IMG/VR virus record: IMGVR_UViG_3300031088_000740
Length of the DNA: 64,000 bases
Reading direction: 5' to 3' (one strand)
Source of the DNA: an uncultured virus (IMG/VR IMGVR_UViG_3300031088_000740)
Lineage: Duplodnaviria > Heunggongvirae > Uroviricota > Caudoviricetes
Made by a program: the position numbers and the translations under genes. How positions within the stretch are numbered: the stretch's first letter is position 1; every line of letters starts with the position of its first letter. Below are positions 57,922-64,000 of the stretch, piece after piece. The notes beneath the pieces are model-generated. The model was not told the DNA's origin and made no database searches. It was given only the letters and a program-made list of their open reading frames with translations.

Positions 57922-59030
57922 GCAAGCAGTACAGACACGCGGTAGTCATCGGTAAGTTCTACCCGCCTCATGTGGGTCACCTCCACCTGATTCAGGAAGC
58001 AGCGAGGGTGGCAGAGAAGGTTAGCGTCGTAGTGTACGGAAGTCGCTACTACAACATTCCCGCCCAAACGAGAGTCGAGTGGATGTACGCTGACCTCGAA
58101 GTACCCGATAACAACGTCACGCTCTACCCCGCCGAGTCGGATATCTATGAGGACTACAACAGCGACATCATCTGGGATGCGCACATGTCCCACTTGCGCG
58201 CTTTCCTTCGAGTACGCGGGCTAGAAGGTGCTTTCGATGTCGTAGTTGCAAGTGAAGAGTATGCCAATGTCATGGCGCGAGACTACTTCGGTGGCATTTC
58301 CGCACATGTTGTCGATACCGAGAGGGTTGCTTTCCCCATCTCTGGGACGGCTTTCAGGAACGATGCGGTCGCCAACTGGAACTACCTAATACCCTCTGCA
58401 CGCCGTGCGCTGATGCCTAGGGTCATTGTTCTGGGTTCCGAGTCCACAGGCACCACGACGCTCTCCAAGGCGCTCAGCGAGCACTACAACGCCCGTTGGG
58501 TTGCGGAATACGGCGCTCAGTACACCTTTGACCGACTGGCTGAGGGGCAAGCAGCAGACCACAACTTCGGAATGGACGATATCGTCTGGGATAACAAGGC
58601 GTTCGCAGATATCGCGAAGAAGCAAACACAACTCGAAGACGAAGCGGTATTGGCAACTGATGGTCGTTTCCCGCTCTTCATTGGTGACACAGATGCCTTT
58701 GCTACGGCACTATGGGAGAAGCGTTACACGAGCGGCATTTCCACCTACGAATCGACCACAAGAGGTTATGCCAGCAACCTCCCCAAGCGCGACCTCTACA
58801 TCATTACAGACCATCAAGGGGTTGCCTTTGAGCAAAACGGAATCCGCGATGGAGAGCACATTCGAGAAGACATGACGACAGACTTCGAAGACGCTCTGGC
58901 TATAATCAATGCGTCTTGGATCAAGATTCGAGGCACTCATGATGAACGAATGGACGCGGCAACACACATGATCGATGGCATCATTGCTACCGCATTTGAG
59001 TTCACTGACCCAAAGAGGTTCTCGCGCTAG
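57918..59030 (+). CDS. nadR: NadR-type NMN adenylyltransferase / ribosylnicotinamide kinase
   Basis: GKFYPPHVGH (HxGH), ISGT, P-loop GSESTGTTT, EYG, DTD; ATGA coupled to pnuC. Confidence 0.9.
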   Translation: MSKQYRHAVVIGKFYPPHVGHLHLIQEAARVAEKVSVVVYGSRYYNIPAQTRVEWMYADLEVPDNNVTLYPAESDIYEDYNSDIIWDAHMSHLRAFLRVRGLEGAFDVVVASEEYANVMARDYFGGISAHVVDTERVAFPISGTAFRNDAVANWNYLIPSARRALMPRVIVLGSESTGTTTLSKALSEHYNARWVAEYGAQYTFDRLAEGQAADHNFGMDDIVWDNKAFADIAKKQTQLEDEAVLATDGRFPLFIGDTDAFATALWEKRYTSGISTYESTTRGYASNLPKRDLYIITDHQGVAFEQNGIRDGEHIREDMTTDFEDALAIINASWIKIRGTHDERMDAATHMIDGIIATAFEFTDPKRFSR

Positions 59031-59545
59031 TCACTCTCAGGTTCTAGTACGCGGTGACCAATCCACTCAATGTTGTTGACAGGGATGCCAAAAGCACGAG
59101 CAGCATGCTCCCGAGTGGCTTTGGTCGTTACCGAACCAGCGAGAATCTGCTTGGTGATGCCCTGGGCGGTCTTAAGACTTACTCCGCCCCGGGTCATGAT
59201 GCTGGTAGAAAGTTGCTCTGTATCCATACTCCGGCTAGCTGCCGAGAAGACAATACCAGCAGCGAACAGAACGCTTGCTCGGTCTGCACCAGACTCCAAG
59301 AGAGTGACAAGCGAACCCATCTGCTCAAAGTACGAAACTGGCTTGCCGGTTGCCTTGGCGATTGCCTTCTTAGTAGCTACAGAAGGCTCGACACTTCCAT
59401 TCTTGTATCCATAGATAAGGTCAGTAGATGCATCAGGAGATCCAGAAGCTTCGAGCTTCTTGGCGAGTTCGTCATTGGTCATATTCACTGCTCGTGAGTG
59501 GTGAAGAAGTCCCTTGCCAAAGGCTACCGAGTGCGTCGAAGTCAT
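59027..59545 (-). CDS. XRE-family HTH protein (possibly two HTH repeats)
   Basis: MTNDELAKKL...IYGYKNGSVEPS...IAKATGKPVSYF. Confidence 0.7.
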   Translation of the reverse strand: MTSTHSVAFGKGLLHHSRAVNMTNDELAKKLEASGSPDASTDLIYGYKNGSVEPSVATKKAIAKATGKPVSYFEQMGSLVTLLESGADRASVLFAAGIVFSAASRSMDTEQLSTSIMTRGGVSLKTAQGITKQILAGSVTTKATREHAARAFGIPVNNIEWIGHRVLEPESD

Positions 59546-59624
59546 AGTATTCGCATACTACCCCAAATCCTTCGATGAGTCTACTTCCGCCTGTAGAATG
59601 ACACAACTATCTATTAGGAGCGAG

Positions 59625-60173
59625 ATGTCGATTTTCACCCACGTACCAGATGAGTTTGAGTTCGAGTATCAGGGTGGAAACTTCTTCGCCAAAAAGTCGT
59701 TCTGGCAAAACACCCTTGACAAGAGTTGCACTACATACATCATCTCCCTCGAAGACCGAGGCGAAATTGGCGAGCTTGACATCAATGTCAACACCGATGA
59801 CTGGGAAGCCGATTCCAAGGAATTCATAGATACGAAGGTAGCCGACCTCACGATGGATAAGTTCATCCAAACCGGCGACGAAGATGTCAACGAAAGCCTC
59901 GTCGAGGCAGTTACTTCACCACCCGAAGAAGAGACTGACTTCGTAGTCGAAGAAGACGAAGATGTACTACCTTTCCCTGCTGTCGAAGAAGATGACAGCA
60001 TTCCAGCCGTAGGTGAAGTGCACGGTGAGTCTTTTGACGGCGACAATGCCGAAGCGGTCCAAGAAGTAGATGAGTCACAGACGAACGATCAGCCGCGCGA
60101 TGAAGAGTTTGTATTCGGTATCAACACCGATACGCCTGACAACGCAAGATACGGATTCAGTCAGAGTAACTGA
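59625..60173 (+). CDS. highly acidic hypothetical protein
   Basis: AGGAG RBS; D/E-rich C-terminal half. Confidence 0.6.
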   Translation: MSIFTHVPDEFEFEYQGGNFFAKKSFWQNTLDKSCTTYIISLEDRGEIGELDINVNTDDWEADSKEFIDTKVADLTMDKFIQTGDEDVNESLVEAVTSPPEEETDFVVEEDEDVLPFPAVEEDDSIPAVGEVHGESFDGDNAEAVQEVDESQTNDQPRDEEFVFGINTDTPDNARYGFSQSN

Positions 60174-60221
60174 GAGTCGGTAGAAGCATCTACAATGGGA
60201 TGAGACCTAAGGAGCTAGAAA

Positions 60222-61205
60222 ATGGGCAAGATTAAGACATCCATTGTCGATAAGAATGGCAAGTCAACTCACGTGTGGAAGAACCCCGACGTGCCTGGCG
60301 GAAACAAGTCATTCGACCGACTAGGTAATGTCGCAACTCAGTACATTCCTATCTCGCAGGAAGAAAGCGACTCGAACTTCTCCGGTATCGTGTTTGGTAG
60401 CGATATGGCAAGTATCACTACCAAGGATGGTGGCGATATGGTTCCTCTTAGCATTCCCGAAATGGGCGCTGTCTCATCAGAGCTAGCAGCTTTCCAGTGG
60501 GAAGGCGTGGTCAATGAGAAGAGCAAGACGACAAGGATATCCAAGGATCTTGCCGTTTCTTATGACGGACCTGTGTTTACAATTCACGATTCACGTGCAG
60601 GAAACATCACGCTGAACGGCGATGAAGCAAGCTTGCTTGCACGTAACATCGACCTTTACATGAACACTGCTCGTGGAGTCGATGGCTTGTTGCAAGTTGG
60701 TGGATATGCTGATTTTGTCGAGTCGCCCGTTAGCGATAGAGAGATGAATTACTACATCACTCTTGGAGAAGGGTCACTCGTCGCCCTCTACATTTCCGAT
60801 GCTGGACTCAGCCCCGAAGAGGATGCTTCTTATGGGGACGAAAGAGATCAGGTTTCGTTCTCTCGCGTTGATGGCGAGCCAAACAAGGTACACGCGCAAT
60901 TTGCGTTCTCCGATGATGGTTTTGACATCGATGGTGTTGTGGATGATCTAGATGATGATGCACTAAATGAGTTCAGAGAGGGCATTCAGTCCAGCTTGAA
61001 TGATATCGACTCTCGATGGGCTGCTAGCTTTGACAACGAATCAAGTGTCGAACTTCTCTACAACCACTACGACCAAGCTGAGGTGGATAGTGAAGGAAGA
61101 GTAGAATTCACCACATCAAACGTCTTGGCTGCTGGTGAGATTGATATGAACCCTACCATCGACGCTGCATACAAAGTCATTTGGGATGCCATCGAAAACC
61201 TGTGA
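60222..61205 (+). CDS. DKNG-tag acidic protein
   Basis: KTSIVDKNGKSTHVWKN; AAGGAG RBS. Confidence 0.8.
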   Translation: MGKIKTSIVDKNGKSTHVWKNPDVPGGNKSFDRLGNVATQYIPISQEESDSNFSGIVFGSDMASITTKDGGDMVPLSIPEMGAVSSELAAFQWEGVVNEKSKTTRISKDLAVSYDGPVFTIHDSRAGNITLNGDEASLLARNIDLYMNTARGVDGLLQVGGYADFVESPVSDREMNYYITLGEGSLVALYISDAGLSPEEDASYGDERDQVSFSRVDGEPNKVHAQFAFSDDGFDIDGVVDDLDDDALNEFREGIQSSLNDIDSRWAASFDNESSVELLYNHYDQAEVDSEGRVEFTTSNVLAAGEIDMNPTIDAAYKVIWDAIENL

Positions 61206-61206
61206 G

Positions 61207-62502
61207 CTAGTTCGCGTTAGAGCAAGTCACCTGATTAGCCGTTTGTCCTGTTACCTGAGAGGGTAGGGCAACCGGCTCTTTTGGTTGTGCCTCGGGAACC
61301 ACTGGCATAGAAGGAGACGGAGTGGCAGAGGGTGTAGAGGTCTCAGGTACAGCAGGAGCGACAGGTACATCAGGAACAACGCCTGTCACAATAGAGCCAA
61401 TCTGACCCGGCGCAGTTCCACCAGTGAGTGCCAGCGGGTCATCATTGAGAACAGCAGTCATAAGCGCGCTGGCAGCATCTGTGATGGGCAATACTCCCGA
61501 CTGAGATCCCAAGGTGGTGACTGCCGTTGGGTACTGGATGAAAGCAATGCGATCTAGTGGAATCTCACGCATCGTCTTAGCAAGACTCACCATCGTATCG
61601 ATGCCCGTTAGGCTCGTAGAGAGCACAACGTTCTGAGCGGTGGCATTTGCCAGGGCATAGAGCTTGGAGGGGTCGTTCAGAGTTGAGTCACTCTTGATGG
61701 AACGGATGAGAGCGGAAAGGAAAACCTGCTGGTTGCTGATGCGACCCAAGTCGCTACCATCACCCACACCGTGTCTAGTGCGAAGGAATGCTAGCGCGTC
61801 AGAGCCTTGGAGGGTCTGCTCACCGGCAGCTACGTGAAGACCGGTGTACTTGTCGTTGATGTCTTCGTTGATGCAGACAGTGACACCGCCCACAGCGTTA
61901 GACATCTCAACCACTCCATCGAACTCGATAAGTCCAGCGTAAGGAATGCTCGCTCCTGTGAGGCTCTCTACGGTACTAACAACGCAAGCTAGTCCACCTC
62001 GACCAAGAGCTTCATTGATCTTTGTACCGCTCGATGCTGCTCGGACTGCGCCAGTGTCAGGATTGGTGCATTCTGGGATGTTGACGAACGTGTCTCTTGG
62101 GAACGAGATGACAGACATGCCACTATGATCCTCGTTGATGTGCACAAGGATGTTGACATCATTCAGACTTGCTCCACGAACGCCATAGGCTGCATTACCC
62201 TGACCGGAATCACTACCCACAAGAAGAATGTTCGCCCCGCCGTCAAAAGAGCCGATCTCAACAGGCTTGGGGGTCTCGGTGGGATCGGTAGCTGTTGGTG
62301 CAGGCTCGGGAGTTGTATCCAAAGCGACTGCATTGTCCTTCAACTGTCTGTCAAGGTTGTATACCGCGATGGCTGCTACCGAGCCAGCAGATACCGTAAC
62401 GACCGCGACGATGGCAAGGAGAACCTTGAGAAGGGTGAGGACGGGATGAGGTCGCTTCAGCTTACCGTGACGTACAGAAGCGACACGGCGATGTGAAGGC
62501 AT
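61207..62502 (-). CDS. LytR-CpsA-Psr (LCP) cell-wall glycopolymer transferase
   Basis: TM, NILLVGSD, SFPRD, KINEA, RTRHGVGDGSDLGRISNQQ; TACAAT-N6-ATG at 62502. Confidence 0.92.
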   Translation of the reverse strand: MPSHRRVASVRHGKLKRPHPVLTLLKVLLAIVAVVTVSAGSVAAIAVYNLDRQLKDNAVALDTTPEPAPTATDPTETPKPVEIGSFDGGANILLVGSDSGQGNAAYGVRGASLNDVNILVHINEDHSGMSVISFPRDTFVNIPECTNPDTGAVRAASSGTKINEALGRGGLACVVSTVESLTGASIPYAGLIEFDGVVEMSNAVGGVTVCINEDINDKYTGLHVAAGEQTLQGSDALAFLRTRHGVGDGSDLGRISNQQVFLSALIRSIKSDSTLNDPSKLYALANATAQNVVLSTSLTGIDTMVSLAKTMREIPLDRIAFIQYPTAVTTLGSQSGVLPITDAASALMTAVLNDDPLALTGGTAPGQIGSIVTGVVPDVPVAPAVPETSTPSATPSPSMPVVPEAQPKEPVALPSQVTGQTANQVTCSNAN

Positions 62503-62533
62503 GATGTGATTGTATACGCTAGTTCCGGCAAAA

Positions 62534-63148
62534 TCAATCAGTTGGCTCAGTTGTGATGAAAGCGTTAATGGTCTGAGGATCAATATCGTGTTCTGCGTAG
62601 TTAGCAACCCTCTCGACATCAGTCGTATCAAGGCTTACCCAGAGCGACTTGAAAACCTCAGGGCTAATGCCTCGTTCGATGAAGCTTGGGATCTTAGCCG
62701 TAATCTCTTTGTTGCTCGAAATAGAGCGGTCGTCCATAATCATCGACCAGCGAACAGCATGTGACGCATCGACACCATGAGCGTTGATGAGTTCATACAA
62801 GGTATGAGCCTGCATTGTTGACCACGACTCTCTACCTCTTTTGAGATAGTCAATGTCATCGGGGTTCTTGTTGATTTCCTTCTTCACCAGGGGCGACAGC
62901 GCAAAACCCGAACGACTAGCAAAGTGATTGAACGCAATCATAACGAGAATGAGACCGACAACAATAAGAATCATGAAGGCGACATACCAGCCGCCTGTCG
63001 GTCCATTAGGACTAAACATTGAAATGAAGCTAGCTGACACAAAGAGGGTCATAGCGACTGAATTGAGAACCTGACCAACCCGGAGGTTTTTGTTCTGGTA
63101 GACAACGCAAATCATGAACCTGACTGCTTTGATGAAGTCTTTCATCAC
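62534..63148 (-). CDS. membrane protein, paralog of the next gene
   Basis: 2 TM; GISPEVF...EHDID. Confidence 0.6.
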   Translation of the reverse strand: MMKDFIKAVRFMICVVYQNKNLRVGQVLNSVAMTLFVSASFISMFSPNGPTGGWYVAFMILIVVGLILVMIAFNHFASRSGFALSPLVKKEINKNPDDIDYLKRGRESWSTMQAHTLYELINAHGVDASHAVRWSMIMDDRSISSNKEITAKIPSFIERGISPEVFKSLWVSLDTTDVERVANYAEHDIDPQTINAFITTEPTD

Positions 63149-63747
63149 ACGTCCCCTAAGATCTTCTTCGGATGGTACATGATTCGTATACGACGGTCGA
63201 TGTCGGTTACGAGCGGAAATATCTGCTTGACTAGCTCTCTATCAATGTCGTTCTCGCCAATAGTGACGAGTTGAGCAACGGTATCAACGCCAAGCTTGTA
63301 CATCTGAACAAACGTTTCGGGCGAAAGACCAGACTTGTCGAGCTTGATGATGACCGGGGCGAAAGTAGACTGATCCGTGAATCTCATCTTACTGTCGTTG
63401 AAGGCTGATATCCATTCTAGCGCAACAAACTCATTAACGCCAGCAGCAACAAGATGGTCGTAAAAGCCTTTGTAGATAACCCAGTTCTCAACGACCTTCG
63501 AGGTGTCGATTACGCCTTGATACTTCTTGAGACGTTTTGGTACGTAGAGACCATTTTCTAGGCTTTGCAGATACAAGCTACGGAAGAAGAGCACTACCGA
63601 AACAGCCCCGACTACGGCAGCGATGATTCGGATGGCTGAGTTATCGATGCCGTAGCTGAGGGCGCTCACGACCATGACAGCAATAATGACCGCCTGTCTT
63701 CTCAGGCTTCGTCGAACAAAGGTTTTCGACGGCTCAATTCTGCTCAT
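63145..63747 (-). CDS. membrane protein, paralog of the previous gene
   Basis: 2 TM; GLSPETF...ENDID; TAGTCT-N6-ATG. Confidence 0.6.
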   Translation of the reverse strand: MSRIEPSKTFVRRSLRRQAVIIAVMVVSALSYGIDNSAIRIIAAVVGAVSVVLFFRSLYLQSLENGLYVPKRLKKYQGVIDTSKVVENWVIYKGFYDHLVAAGVNEFVALEWISAFNDSKMRFTDQSTFAPVIIKLDKSGLSPETFVQMYKLGVDTVAQLVTIGENDIDRELVKQIFPLVTDIDRRIRIMYHPKKILGDV

Positions 63748-64000
63748 ACAACCAGACTAATTTAGGTGTGAGTTTTTGTCAATGGGAAGCTCTTTGATGA
63801 TACGGTTGTTAGACCAATTGATCCACAAGCCATCGGCGGCTTTTACCGAAAGGAAGTAGCCTCCGAATGGCTAACACCTCTATTGTCCTTGTCCTGGGTG
63901 TCATCTCATCCATCACACTCATCATCTCCGCGTTGTCGGTGCATCGAGCACGCTTATTGACTTTCTCTGCTGTCACTACGGCGCTAGTTATCGCACAACT

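Noticed and set aside
1..64000. Genome-wide TAG reassignment (alternative genetic code)
   Set aside because: Code 11 gives dense, full-length genes, and several end in TAG right before terminators (for example 4512, 20396, 34191).
1..64000. CRISPR array, rRNA, transposase/integrase, virion structural genes
   Set aside because: No regularly spaced repeats or recognisable motifs for these were seen.
63780..64000. Possible partial membrane-protein gene at the right edge
   Set aside because: It is truncated by the window and too short to support a call.

Overview
A gene-dense window of ~50% GC (by eye) with short genes on both strands, SigA-type and leaderless promoters, many intrinsic terminators and no structural or replication core. 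It is best read as the accessory region of a very large actinobacterial phage (host-like IscA, YccA, LCP, NlpC/P60 and TrxB genes point to an actinobacterial host); a megaplasmid is not excluded. Two features stand out. (1) At 8.9-11.9 kb there is an apparent amber-sensing translation module: a canonical tRNA with anticodon CUA, a Pth2-like/HD fusion gene whose RBS-preceded ATG is followed in frame by ACT-TAG (needs amber read-through), and a downstream gene behind a short leader whose TAG lies inside a hairpin next to its start. (2) About 18 otherwise unrelated proteins share an N-terminal tag (T-P-I-V-D-K-N-G-K-x-T-T-V-H-K) fused to varied payloads (HD/Mesh1-like, kinase-like, papain-like, unknown), which suggests a sorting or packaging signal. 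Also present: a WGR-PARP, a Tpt1/KptA, PnuC-NadR, an RNA ligase, several phosphoesterases, two SF2 helicases, a loop-less S10/NusE-like protein, and hairpins that occlude the RBS and contain promoters. All family calls come from motif recognition by eye; no searches were run.
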